DNA of 64,000 nt from Candidatus Sericytochromatia bacterium (GTDB lineage Bacteria > Cyanobacteriota > Sericytochromatia > S15B-MN24 > UBA4093), in contig JAKFBU010000041.1 of the NCBI GenBank assembly GCA_036676985.1, positions 1 to 64,000 of the forward strand, read 5' to 3'. The position numbers and the translations under genes were made by a program. The notes under the pieces are model-generated. The model made no database searches, had not been told where the DNA came from, and saw only the letters and a list, made by a program, of their open reading frames with translations. Positions 29,767 to 39,295 of the stretch are shown in pieces. Within the stretch, counting starts at the first letter, position 1. Each line of letters opens with the position of its first letter.

Positions 29767-31497
29767 ATGCCTAACCACCCGAACGGCCTACCCACCGTGC
29801 GTTACCACCTCGGGATGGAGCGCCCGCACACCCACCTGTTCCAGGTGGAGGTCCACGTCCCGGCATGGCCCGGCGAACACCTGGACCTGGCGTTGCCCGC
29901 GTGGACGCCCGGCGCCTACAAGATCGTCGACAACGCGCGCAACGTGCGGGGCCTCAAGGCCTACGCCGCGGACGGCTCGAGCCTCGTGGTGGACCGGGTC
30001 GACCTGCACACGTGGCGCGTGCATTCCGGCGGGGCCGCCTTCTCGGTGCGCTACCAGGTCTTCGCCGACAAGATGACCATCCACCAGGCCCAGCTCAACG
30101 CCTCGCACGCCTTCGTCAACGGCTGCATGGTGTTCCTGTACGTGGTGGGCGGCCAGAGCTGGCCCGCCGAGCTCCAGGTCCAGGCCCCCGACGGCTGGAA
30201 GATCGGCACGGCCCTCGAGTCCCTGGGCGGCTCGCGCTTCCAGGCTCCGACCTACGACGACCTCATCGACTGCCCCCTGGAGCTCGGCACCTTCCAGGAG
30301 GCGACCTTCGAGGCCGCCGGCGGCGAGTACCGCATCGTCTGGAACGGCAACGAGCCCATGGATCGCGATCGCCTCATCGACGGCCTGCGCCGCATCGCCG
30401 AGACCGAGGTCGCCTTCTGGGGCGAGGCCCCCTACTCCAAGTACACCTTCATCTACAACGTCACGAACGACGGGTACCTCAACGGGCTCGAGCACAAGAC
30501 GTCCACGGCCATCCAGGGCCCCATCAACCTCGACAAGAACACCAAGGGCTTCTTCTCGCTGACGGCCCACGAGCTCTTCCATGTCTGGAACGTCAAGCGG
30601 CTGCGGCCGGTGGGCCTCGGGCCCTTCGACTACTCCAAGCCCGCTCATACCACGGCCCTCTGGGTCGTCGAGGGCCTGACGGAGTACTTCACCGAGCTCA
30701 TGGTGCTGCGGGCGGGCCTCCAGACCCCCGAGGAGTACATGAAGGCCGTCGCGGACAACCTGGTCTACCTCGAGCAGTCGCCGGGCCGCAAGTTCACCAC
30801 CCTGGAGGAGGCGAGCTTCGTCACGTGGCAGTTCGGCGACGACCGCTGGAACGGCTACGTCAACTACTACCTCAAGGGCTTCCTGCTGGGCGTCGCCCTC
30901 GACCTCGAGATCCGGGAGCAGACGGGTAACCGCAAGTCGCTCGACGACGTCATGCGCCTGTTGTGGGACCGCTACGGCGCGCCCGACCTGCCCTACGTCC
31001 CCGAAGAGGTGGAGCAGGTCGTCGAGGAGGTCATCGGGACCTCCATGGAGGCGTTCTTCGAGCACCACCTGCGCACCACCGACGACACCGACTGGACGGC
31101 GGTCTTCGCCAAGGCCGGCCTCGACCTCGCGATCGCCAAGCAGACGGTCTCCTTGCAGGCGCGCGTCGCGGCCAAGGAGGGCGGGCTTGTCATCGAGGAC
31201 GTGCGCTACGACGGCGCCGCCCAGCTGGCGGGCCTCCAGGCGGGCGACCAGATCGTGGCCCTGGACGGCCTGCGGGCGACCGAGTCGCTCCTCGGCCGGC
31301 TCGACCTCAAGTACCGGGCGGGCGATCGCGTCCAGGTGCAGTACGTGCGCAACAACGAGCTGCGGGAGACCACGCTCGAGCTGGGCAGCGACCGGACCTA
31401 TACCCTCACGGTCGTCGAGAGCCCGACGCCCTTGCAGGCCAGCATCCTGACGAGCTGGCTTCGGCACCCCGCCGTCGCCGAACCCGCCTTCGCCTAG
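29767..31497 (+). CDS. M61 family metallopeptidase with PDZ domain
   Basis: PAWTPGAY, GLEH, HELFHVWNVKR, EGLTEY, C-terminal PDZ. Confidence 0.93.
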   Translation: MPNHPNGLPTVRYHLGMERPHTHLFQVEVHVPAWPGEHLDLALPAWTPGAYKIVDNARNVRGLKAYAADGSSLVVDRVDLHTWRVHSGGAAFSVRYQVFADKMTIHQAQLNASHAFVNGCMVFLYVVGGQSWPAELQVQAPDGWKIGTALESLGGSRFQAPTYDDLIDCPLELGTFQEATFEAAGGEYRIVWNGNEPMDRDRLIDGLRRIAETEVAFWGEAPYSKYTFIYNVTNDGYLNGLEHKTSTAIQGPINLDKNTKGFFSLTAHELFHVWNVKRLRPVGLGPFDYSKPAHTTALWVVEGLTEYFTELMVLRAGLQTPEEYMKAVADNLVYLEQSPGRKFTTLEEASFVTWQFGDDRWNGYVNYYLKGFLLGVALDLEIREQTGNRKSLDDVMRLLWDRYGAPDLPYVPEEVEQVVEEVIGTSMEAFFEHHLRTTDDTDWTAVFAKAGLDLAIAKQTVSLQARVAAKEGGLVIEDVRYDGAAQLAGLQAGDQIVALDGLRATESLLGRLDLKYRAGDRVQVQYVRNNELRETTLELGSDRTYTLTVVESPTPLQASILTSWLRHPAVAEPAFA

Positions 31498-31511
31498 GGA
31501 TGTTCCTTCCG

Positions 31512-31551
31512 GCCGGCCAAGTGGACCTTCGGGTCACTTGGCCGGCTTTTT
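31512..31551 (+). terminator. Rho-independent terminator
   Basis: gccggccaagtg..acc-ttcg-ggt..cacttggccggc followed by TTTTT. Confidence 0.8.
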
Positions 31552-31678
31552 CACGATTGGGACCGGATGCGGGCCGCGCCGTCGCGAGGTCTGCACGAGC
31601 GTTGTGCGATCCTGGCCCCTGACTTAGGGTAGTGCACACGGTCCCGGGTCACCCCCCACGAGGTGTAAGGAGGAGTGC

Positions 31679-31963
31679 ATGGATAGCAAGCTGGTCAAGC
31701 AGTTGAGTTACGTGGCGTTCGGACTGGGCGTCGCCTCGGTGCTCGGCTCGGCCGCCACCTACCTGCTCGGACAGCGGAACAACACCGAGGGCCGCCGCAA
31801 CACGGGTGTGTTCGTCGGCCTCTGGGCGCCTACGCTGTTCGCCATCTCGGAGATGCTCGACCGCATCTCCGAGCAGGACAACAAGTACATGGGCATTCCC
31901 ATCGAGCGGGGCGTCACCACCGGCAACGTCCGGGAGGCGGCGCGCTCCTTGATCAACCGCTAG
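31679..31963 (+). CDS. Small membrane protein
   Basis: AAGGAGG RBS; hydrophobic helix and GVFVGLWAPTL motif; followed by a hairpin at 31975-32002. Confidence 0.75.
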   Translation: MDSKLVKQLSYVAFGLGVASVLGSAATYLLGQRNNTEGRRNTGVFVGLWAPTLFAISEMLDRISEQDNKYMGIPIERGVTTGNVREAARSLINR

Positions 31964-32057
31964 GATCGCCCCGTGCCGCCCTCCCGAAATCGGGAGGGCG
32001 GCTCCTTGCGCCGACTCCTGGTATCATCGAAGGGCGCTTTCGCAGAAAGGACGCGTC

Positions 32058-33422
32058 ATGATCGAACTCCAACCGGACCAGTTGACCCAGGACATCGAGG
32101 CCCTGCGGGCGGACTACGAGCGAGCCCTCGCCGAGATCGTCGAGATCCCCACCGTCAGCATGGATCCCTCCAAGCAGCAGGACATCCGCAAGGGCGCCGA
32201 GTGGGCCCTGCAGTTCCTCGACTCCCACGGCGTCGAGGCCATGATCTACGAGACCGACGGGCTGCCCGTGGTCGTGGGGACGCTCACGCACCCCGAGGCC
32301 AAGCGGACGCTCACCATCTATAACCATCTGGACGTCCAGCCGGCCAACGAGCCCGAGTGGACGACCGATCCCTTCCGCTTCTCCAAGGCGGGCGACACCT
32401 ACCACGGCCGCGGCACCACCGACGACAAGGGCCCGGCGCTCGCGGCCTTCTACGCGGCCATGCTCGCCAAGCAGCACGACATCCCCCTGAACATCCGCTT
32501 TGTCTGGGAGTTCGAGGAGGAGATCGGCAGCCCCCACTTCGAGGCCTTCCTGGCAGCGCATGCCGAGGACCTCAAGACCGACTCGGTCCTGGTCTCGGAC
32601 ACCATCTGGATCAGCCGGGACAAGCCCGCGGCCCCCCTGGGCCTCCGGGGCATGGTCGCCTTCCGCCTCCTGCTCGAGACGGGCACCAAGGACGTGCACT
32701 CGGGCCTCACGGGCGGGGCCGCCCGCAACCCCATCGGCGAGCTGTGCCAGCTCATCAGCGAGATCTACGACGCCAAGACCGGCCACGTGAAGATCCCGGC
32801 CTTCTACGACCAGGTGCGCCCGGTCTCGGCCGAAGAGGAGCAGAGCTTCGTCGAGTCGGGCTTCGACACCCAGGAGTTCCAGCGCGCGCACGGCCTCACG
32901 TGCCTGCGCGTCACGGACCCCCGTGAGGTGACGCGCCGGATCTGGGCGCAGCCGACCTTCGAGGTGCACGGCATGGTGGGCGGCTACACGGGCCCGGGCG
33001 TCAAGGCCATCGTGCCGCCCCGCGCCGAGGCCAAGGTCAGCATGCGCCTGGTGCCCGACATGCGGCCCGGCGAGGTGCTCGACATGGTGCGGGCCTTCGT
33101 CAAGGAGCGGAACCCGGACGTGACGCTCGAGGCGACGGGCTCCCTGGAGCCCTTCATGTGCCGGCCGGAAGGCACTTACGCCGACGCGATCCGCACGGCC
33201 CTGCGCTTCGGCTTCGGGGCGAACCCCGCCTTCATCCGCGAGGGCGGCTCCATCGGGGCCGTCGTGAGCATGCAGCAGCATCTCGGCTGCCCCATCATGT
33301 TCATCGGCCTCTCCCTGCCGGAGCACGGCTACCATGCGCCCAACGAGAACTTCGACTGGCACATGGCCTCGGGCGGCATGAAGGCCTTCATGCGCTACTT
33401 CGAGCAGATCGCGACCCTTTAG
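32058..33422 (+). CDS. M20 family dipeptidase
   Basis: YNHLDVQPA, GRGTTDDKGP, EEEIGS, GGSIG, HAPNE. Confidence 0.92.
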   Translation: MIELQPDQLTQDIEALRADYERALAEIVEIPTVSMDPSKQQDIRKGAEWALQFLDSHGVEAMIYETDGLPVVVGTLTHPEAKRTLTIYNHLDVQPANEPEWTTDPFRFSKAGDTYHGRGTTDDKGPALAAFYAAMLAKQHDIPLNIRFVWEFEEEIGSPHFEAFLAAHAEDLKTDSVLVSDTIWISRDKPAAPLGLRGMVAFRLLLETGTKDVHSGLTGGAARNPIGELCQLISEIYDAKTGHVKIPAFYDQVRPVSAEEEQSFVESGFDTQEFQRAHGLTCLRVTDPREVTRRIWAQPTFEVHGMVGGYTGPGVKAIVPPRAEAKVSMRLVPDMRPGEVLDMVRAFVKERNPDVTLEATGSLEPFMCRPEGTYADAIRTALRFGFGANPAFIREGGSIGAVVSMQQHLGCPIMFIGLSLPEHGYHAPNENFDWHMASGGMKAFMRYFEQIATL

Positions 33423-33483
33423 CCCCTGACGCGACGCGGGTGGAGGACCGAACGGTCCGCCACCCGTCTTGTCATGCGACGGT

Positions 33484-33687
33484 TCAGAGCTGGGGCATGA
33501 GGTCGGAGACCTGACCGACCTGGAGGTCGAACGGCTGATCGGCGAGGACTAACACGAAGTGCTCCGTGTCGACCAGACAGACCGCCGCGAAGCAGTGGCC
33601 GCAGAACAGGTCCTGGCCGCGGGAACGCGAGTAGGTCAAGCGGCTGCGGCAATGGGGGCAGTGGTAGTCACTCGGCTGACGTGCCAT
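33484..33687 (-). CDS. Small zinc-ribbon protein (67 aa)
   Basis: CPHC...CGHC; GGAGG RBS before ATG 33687. Confidence 0.55.
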   Translation of the reverse strand: MARQPSDYHCPHCRSRLTYSRSRGQDLFCGHCFAAVCLVDTEHFVLVLADQPFDLQVGQVSDLMPQL

Positions 33688-33874
33688 GGGCGATCCTCCC
33701 GACGAAGGAAGCGACGATTCGAGCGGCAAGTCTATGCTATCACTCAATTTGCCGCCGTCATGACGTCAGATTGTTCCCTGGTCAACCGCCCGACGGGGTG
33801 CGCCGCCCCATCCAGATCTCCGGGCGCAAAAAATCCCCTCTTGACCTTCAAAAACCGGTTCGTTCCGGAACGAA

Positions 33875-34262
33875 CTAGCCGACCAGGGAGTCGTCGAGCT
33901 CCAGGACCACCGGGCAATGGTCGGAGCCCTTGACCTCGGGCAGGATGTAGGCGGCCGTCACGTGCGGCACCAGGGCCTCGGAGACCAGGAAGTAGTCGAT
34001 CCGCCACCCGATGTTCCGCACCCGACCGCCCGGTCGGTTGCTCCACCAGGTGTAGTGGCCGGCCTCGCCGGGGTGGCGATCGCGGAAGACGTCCTTGAGG
34101 CCCGCCGCCAGGTACTCGTCGACCTTGACGCGCTCTTCGGGCAAGAAGCCCATCGTCTTCTGGTTGGCCTTGGGGTTGGCGAGGTCGATGGGCTGGTGGG
34201 CAGTGTTGAAGTCGCCGCAAGCGATGGTGCCCTCACCCTTGGCATACAGCTCCTTGAGCTGC
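33875..34262 (-). pseudogene. xth: 5'-truncated duplicate of the xth 3' region
   Basis: Colinear with 38030-38417 at offset 4155; frame open but bounded upstream by TAA; lacks the N-terminal half. Confidence 0.9.
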
Positions 34263-34443
34263 TTCCACGGCCAAATGTCCTCTGGGAATTACGTCGGCTT
34301 TTGCGCGCCCCCCGACCAGGCACTTGTCAGGGCATGTAGCAACCGGGGCAGTGGCACAGGCGCGGGATAGGCCGGTTTGCCATAAGGCCCCCGATTAATG
34401 ATGTGGCGCCAGGGCATAATTTGGTTGAAAGGTTGCCGCTCGA

Positions 34444-37400
34444 ATGCATCTAACCCACTGGGAAACGCTCGAATTCAGCCCCCCGTTCCTTTACCTGGCT
34501 CTCGCCGGCGGGGACATCGGCGAGGCGCTCCAGATGGTGGCATTCGAGCTTCTAAAGCCAGACTATGCCAATTTGGAGAGGTTGCCTGCAAGAGGCAAGG
34601 ACGGGGGAATCGATCTTCATGAAGACCGCCCCGGTGAGCGCGCGGTCGTCCAATGCAAGGTAATCGGCGAGCCTGGTCTGGAAGCCGTTCTCAAGTCGTG
34701 GAAACTGTTTGCTGAGACACTCGAGCGCAACGTGCGCGATCCGAAAGGTCCGCCTGCGGGACAGGGCCAGTACCAGCCCTGGTACCGTACGGATCTGCCG
34801 ATTCGCGAGTTCGTCTGGTGCGTGAGTTCGCCCTTGAACAACGTCAATCAGCGCGATCAGGCCCAGCAGGCGATTGTGCGATTTTTCGATCAGTTGGCAG
34901 CCAAGTACGCCCACCTCTCGCACCTTGCGGGCATGGACGTGAAGGTGCTCGACTGGCATCGCTTGAGAGAACGACTTGAGTCACGCCCACAAGTAGCCCT
35001 GCGCTGGTTTCCAGCCCTTCGACAGCATAACCTCAAGCCCCTGGAAAAAGTTAGCGACACGGGCACCTTTCGGTCCTACCTGAATTCGGACAGGCTGGCG
35101 TACTATAGCCGGGCCGAGCACCTGAGGATTCACCCAAAGCCAGGGCATGCCGATATTCACACTGAGGAGGATTTGCTCCATCTGCTGGAAGTCGATGCAT
35201 TCAGCGGTCTGATCTTGGCCGGGGTGGGAGGCGTCGGAAAAAGTCGCATGACCCTTGAGCTGGGGCACCTGGCGGAAGCGCGCGGCTGGCTCGTGTTGAA
35301 AGTCGCCAATCGCTCCCTTGAGCTTGGGGACCTCACTGAATATGCTCGACTGTTCTCAAAGCCAGGGATCCGTACGCTCCTCTTGATTGATTACGTCGAA
35401 CTTCAGGCCAATTTTGCTGGACTAGTTGAGACCATACTAGAACTCAACAATACCTACGACCTGTCAATTCGTTACATCGCGAATTGCCGTACCAACTTCT
35501 ACTTTCAGCAAGGCCTCGACGAGATCCCCGACCACTTGATGATCGACTTGTCGCCAACCAATCAAGGGCAAGCGTGGTTCCAATCCTACAAGGAGCGCAC
35601 GGTCCGGCACATTCTTGAAAGCGCCGACCTGGGCGATGACGAAACGCTGACCCAAACGTGTCAAGGTCTGCCAGTATTGGCGACCTTCCTCGCCTATCTA
35701 AACAACGCCGGACGCAAAGCCGACCTGGAAGAGTTGCGAAAAGAGGAAAATTTCGCGTCCTGGATCCTTCGACGCCTGCAGCTTACGTTTGGAAAGACGT
35801 CCATCGATCGGGAGCTTGCGGCCCTCATTTCCCTGTTCCCGTGGCGCGGACCACTCCCCTCCGCGACGGACCACAAGTCCATTCGCGACCTATTCGAACG
35901 CCTTGTGATGGACGGCTGGATCGAGCAGGAGGCCGAGGAGCCAGGCACATGGGCGGTCATCCACGACGTCCTAGCCGATCAAATCCTGATCTCCTACCTA
36001 CGTCGAATTTCCAAGATACAACAAGCGTTCGTCGAAGATCTGTTCAACTTTGCCATCTCCTTCGGCCAGCTCCACTCCGCGCTAATCGCGCTGCGGCGCA
36101 TCGCTGGTAGCAGCGAATTGGGGTCGATCGATTGGAAAACCCTCCTGGACGCACAATTCGCCGTCGCTCCACAGGCCTGGAAGCACGTGCGAGACGTGGT
36201 GCTATACTGGCCGTCGCTCAGGCTGGACGACATTAGTAGCTTCCTCGAACGGCATCCCGATGTCTGGGAAGGGGCCGACGAGACGACGGAGTTCCAGCTT
36301 GGGCTCGGCTGGCATCTGAAGACGGCCGTCAAAAGCGCTCTGCCGGGGCAGCACCATAAGCTAAACACGGCCTTGCTCATCCGCCTGAAAAGCATCGTGC
36401 GCCTTGCGTCGAAGATCAACTACGTGTTGACCTGGAGCCTTCGCTACGCGCCGGGCGAGTTCCAAGAGGCGGCCCTGGCCTGGATTGCGGCGCATCCTCT
36501 GCGATTTCAAACGCATTATCTGCTGGTAGCCTGCCTCGACACAGGCACCCTGCCGGACCTGCTGGCAGCTCAGGTTCTCGCCTGGAGCAATGCATTTGAA
36601 CAGGATGCGCACTTTTGCTTCGTGGCATCGGCATGGCTCAGGGCTGGCGGTGACCATGGCGTCATCCGTGACTCGATCGGCAAATGGCTTGAGCAGCACA
36701 AGACCAGCCTTGAAGCGGAGTTTGTCTATAAAGCATGGCTCGACGCAACTGGCGAGTGCGACTTCGTCCGAGCATCCCTCGCTCAATGGCTTGAGCAGCA
36801 CCAGACCAGCCTTGAAGCGGAGTTCGTCTATAAAGCATGGCTTGACTCGAAGGGCGATTGCGAGTTCATCCGAGCGCCCATAGCTCAATGGCTGGAGCAG
36901 CATAAGACAAGCGAGGAAGCGCGCTTCGTCTATTATGCCTGGCTCGGCTCAACTGGCGAGTGCGACTTTGTCCGAGCACCCATCGCTAAATGGCTGGAGC
37001 AGCACAAGACCAGCCTTGAAGCGGAGTTCGTCTACTATGCCTGGCTCGGCGCAGCAGGCGAGTGTGACTTCGTCCGAGCGCCCATCTCTCAATGGCTGGA
37101 GCAGCATAAAACTAGCTTGGAAGCGAGTTTCGTCTATCAAGCCTGGCTAGACTCGAAAGGCGATTGCGACTTCGTCCGAGCGTCCATAGCTCAATGGCTG
37201 GAGCAGCATAAGACCAGCGAGGAAGCGCGCTTCGTCTACTATGCCTGGCTCGGCTCAACTGGCGAGTGCGACTTCGTCAGAGCGCCCATCGCTAAATGGC
37301 TGGAGCAGCATAAATCCAGCTCAGATGCGAGTTTCGTCTGTAAAGCCTGGCTCGCAGCGGGCGGCGACTTTGAAACGGTTCGGGAAGTTTCGATTGATTG

Positions 37401-38088
37401 GCTGAGACGAAATAAAGATGACGCCGAGGCGGTGTTCCTCTTGAAATATCTCTCGAAGCAGAAGCGCCTGCCAAACGAGACAATCCAAGATATCCTTCAC
37501 TGGTGTCGAAAGCACGCCGATAATCCTGACGCCATCTGGCGCCTCAGCTCGCTCAACAGCCAGCTGGCCAAGACGGACACGAAGGTAGCTGCCATCCTTG
37601 CGGCCGAATCCGTCATCGATGTCTACTTGAGCGGGCCGGAGGGGATCAGCGACCGAGTCGCTGAGCAGATCACCAACACCCTTGCTTTCGTCACAAAATA
37701 CGACAAACATGTCGAGCCACAAGTCCGCGAGCGGCTGGAACTTCTCCATCTCCGGTGGTTCCTTCATCCATGCTCGTTCACTCAGCGCCACTCTCATCCT
37801 ACGAGTCAGCAGCTTGGTTTCCTATTAAAGCTCATTGGCCATCTGAAAGCCGGCAAGCTAGACCTACATCGGGATAGAGCGCGATTCGAGGCATTTTTCC
37901 GGTGGATGAACACGTGGTCGGTCGAAAACAAGGAGCGAATCCGGAAGCAACTCGGCTATCTGCGTAAAAAATTCCCCCAAGGCCGCCTCATCTGGAGTCT
38001 CGTGCGACTGGGTCCGCTGCCCGCGCCTACGCCGTCACCAGGGCATCATCTAGCTCCAGGACCACCGGGCAATGGTCGGAGCCCTTGA
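34444..38088 (+). CDS. Mrr-like PD-(D/E)xK nuclease + STAND-like P-loop NTPase + 34-aa helical repeat protein (putative defence)
   Basis: KDGGIDL...VQCK; GVGGVGKS Walker A; LLLIDYVE Walker B; tandem WLEQHKTS repeats. Confidence 0.75.
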   Translation: MHLTHWETLEFSPPFLYLALAGGDIGEALQMVAFELLKPDYANLERLPARGKDGGIDLHEDRPGERAVVQCKVIGEPGLEAVLKSWKLFAETLERNVRDPKGPPAGQGQYQPWYRTDLPIREFVWCVSSPLNNVNQRDQAQQAIVRFFDQLAAKYAHLSHLAGMDVKVLDWHRLRERLESRPQVALRWFPALRQHNLKPLEKVSDTGTFRSYLNSDRLAYYSRAEHLRIHPKPGHADIHTEEDLLHLLEVDAFSGLILAGVGGVGKSRMTLELGHLAEARGWLVLKVANRSLELGDLTEYARLFSKPGIRTLLLIDYVELQANFAGLVETILELNNTYDLSIRYIANCRTNFYFQQGLDEIPDHLMIDLSPTNQGQAWFQSYKERTVRHILESADLGDDETLTQTCQGLPVLATFLAYLNNAGRKADLEELRKEENFASWILRRLQLTFGKTSIDRELAALISLFPWRGPLPSATDHKSIRDLFERLVMDGWIEQEAEEPGTWAVIHDVLADQILISYLRRISKIQQAFVEDLFNFAISFGQLHSALIALRRIAGSSELGSIDWKTLLDAQFAVAPQAWKHVRDVVLYWPSLRLDDISSFLERHPDVWEGADETTEFQLGLGWHLKTAVKSALPGQHHKLNTALLIRLKSIVRLASKINYVLTWSLRYAPGEFQEAALAWIAAHPLRFQTHYLLVACLDTGTLPDLLAAQVLAWSNAFEQDAHFCFVASAWLRAGGDHGVIRDSIGKWLEQHKTSLEAEFVYKAWLDATGECDFVRASLAQWLEQHQTSLEAEFVYKAWLDSKGDCEFIRAPIAQWLEQHKTSEEARFVYYAWLGSTGECDFVRAPIAKWLEQHKTSLEAEFVYYAWLGAAGECDFVRAPISQWLEQHKTSLEASFVYQAWLDSKGDCDFVRASIAQWLEQHKTSEEARFVYYAWLGSTGECDFVRAPIAKWLEQHKSSSDASFVCKAWLAAGGDFETVREVSIDWLRRNKDDAEAVFLLKYLSKQKRLPNETIQDILHWCRKHADNPDAIWRLSSLNSQLAKTDTKVAAILAAESVIDVYLSGPEGISDRVAEQITNTLAFVTKYDKHVEPQVRERLELLHLRWFLHPCSFTQRHSHPTSQQLGFLLKLIGHLKAGKLDLHRDRARFEAFFRWMNTWSVENKERIRKQLGYLRKKFPQGRLIWSLVRLGPLPAPTPSPGHHLAPGPPGNGRSP
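36685..37398 (+). repeat. Seven tandem 102-bp (34-codon) intragenic repeats
   Basis: Units begin with TGG at 36685, 36787, 36889, 36991, 37093, 37195, 37297. Confidence 0.95.
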
Positions 38089-38812
38089 CCTCGGGCAGGA
38101 TGTAGGCGGCCGTCACGTGCGGCACCAGGGCCTCGGAGACCAGGAAGTAGTCGATCCGCCACCCGATGTTCCGCTCCCGGACGCCCGGTCGGTTGCTCCA
38201 CCAGGTGTAGTGGCCGGCCTCGCCGGGGTGGCGATCGCGGAACACGTCCTTGAGGCCCGCCGCCAGGTACTCGTCGACCTTGACGCGCTCCTCGGGCAAG
38301 AAGCCCGTCGTCTTCTGGTTGGCCTTGGGGTTGGCGAGGTCGATGGGCTGGTGGGCGGTGTTGAAGTCGCCGCAGACGATGACGTGCTCGCCCCGGGCAT
38401 GCAGCTCCTTGATTTGCGCCAGGAGCGCGTCGTAGAAGGAGAGCTTGTAGGGGACCCGGCTCAGGTCGCGCGAGCCGTTGGGGAAGTAGACGTTGAAGAG
38501 GGTGAAGCCCTTGAAGCGCAAGACCTGGACGCGGCCCTCGGAGTCGAACTCCGCAAGGCCCATGCCGAGCCGGATCTCCTCGGGCGCGCGCCGGATCCAG
38601 GCGCCCACGCCGCTGTAACCCTTCTTCTCGGCCGGATGCCACGAGACCGTGCAGCCCGCCTCGGGCTCGCAGACGGCCGCCGACAGCTGGTGCGGCTCGG
38701 CGCGGACCTCCTGGAAGCAGAGGACATCGGGCTGGTAGTCGCGGTACCACTCCACGAGGCCCTGGCGCTCGCAGGCGCGGATCCCGTTGACGTTCCAGGT
38801 GACGATTTTCAA
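38027..38812 (-). CDS. xth: Exodeoxyribonuclease III
   Basis: TWNVNGIRA, QEVR, KKGYSG, EGR, YFPNG, GDFN, GWRIDY, SDHCP. Confidence 0.96.
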   Translation of the reverse strand: MKIVTWNVNGIRACERQGLVEWYRDYQPDVLCFQEVRAEPHQLSAAVCEPEAGCTVSWHPAEKKGYSGVGAWIRRAPEEIRLGMGLAEFDSEGRVQVLRFKGFTLFNVYFPNGSRDLSRVPYKLSFYDALLAQIKELHARGEHVIVCGDFNTAHQPIDLANPKANQKTTGFLPEERVKVDEYLAAGLKDVFRDRHPGEAGHYTWWSNRPGVRERNIGWRIDYFLVSEALVPHVTAAYILPEVKGSDHCPVVLELDDALVTA

Positions 38813-38867
38813 GGCGTTTCTCTTTCCAGTGAGGGCGCAAACGCCCTCATTGTACCCCTTGGAGCGC

Positions 38868-39278
38868 CTAGGGAGCGAGGGGAGCGGCCTCGAAAGCCGC
38901 GATGCGCTCCTTCAGCTCCTCGGGCACCGGCTTGGTCGCCTTGGAGGCGTAGTCGTACATCACCTGCACGCTACGCCCCGTGGCCACCTCGCGCCCGCTC
39001 GCGCGCTCGGTGACGCGGTAGGCGAACTCGAAGCTCTTGGTGCCGACCTTGGGGATCCACAGGGCGAGGTCCAGCGTCTCGCCGTAGAGCGCCGGCGAGC
39101 GGTAGGTGCAGGTGATCTCCGCGATGATGAAGTCGAAGCCCGCGAAGTCCGGGCCCCGCATGGCCTGCCAGTAGGCGGCGCGGGCCTCCTCGAAGTAGGT
39201 CAGGTAGACGGCGTTGTTGACGTGCTGGAACATGTCGCAGTCGCGGAAGCGCACGTTCAGGGTGTGCTGGAAGGGCAT
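38868..39278 (-). CDS. Acyl-CoA thioesterase (4HBT/YbgC hot-dog fold)
   Basis: VRFRDCDMFQHVNNAVYLTYFEEAR. Confidence 0.9.
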   Translation of the reverse strand: MPFQHTLNVRFRDCDMFQHVNNAVYLTYFEEARAAYWQAMRGPDFAGFDFIIAEITCTYRSPALYGETLDLALWIPKVGTKSFEFAYRVTERASGREVATGRSVQVMYDYASKATKPVPEELKERIAAFEAAPLAP

Positions 39279-39295
39279 GGGGTCCTCTGGGTCGG

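Larger units (their letters stand above)
33897..38412. mobile_element. Integrase-free cassette bounded by ~360-bp xth direct repeats (period 4155 bp)
   Basis: Direct repeats 33897-34257 and 38052-38412; interior visibly lower GC with A/T-ending codons. Confidence 0.75.

Noticed and set aside
36685-37398. Regular repeats as a CRISPR array
   Set aside because: Units are contiguous 102-bp in-frame coding repeats with no unique spacers, and no cas genes are present
33897-38412. xth repeat pair as a diversity-generating retroelement TR/VR
   Set aside because: No reverse transcriptase nearby, mismatches are not adenine-specific, and the repeat is a core gene end
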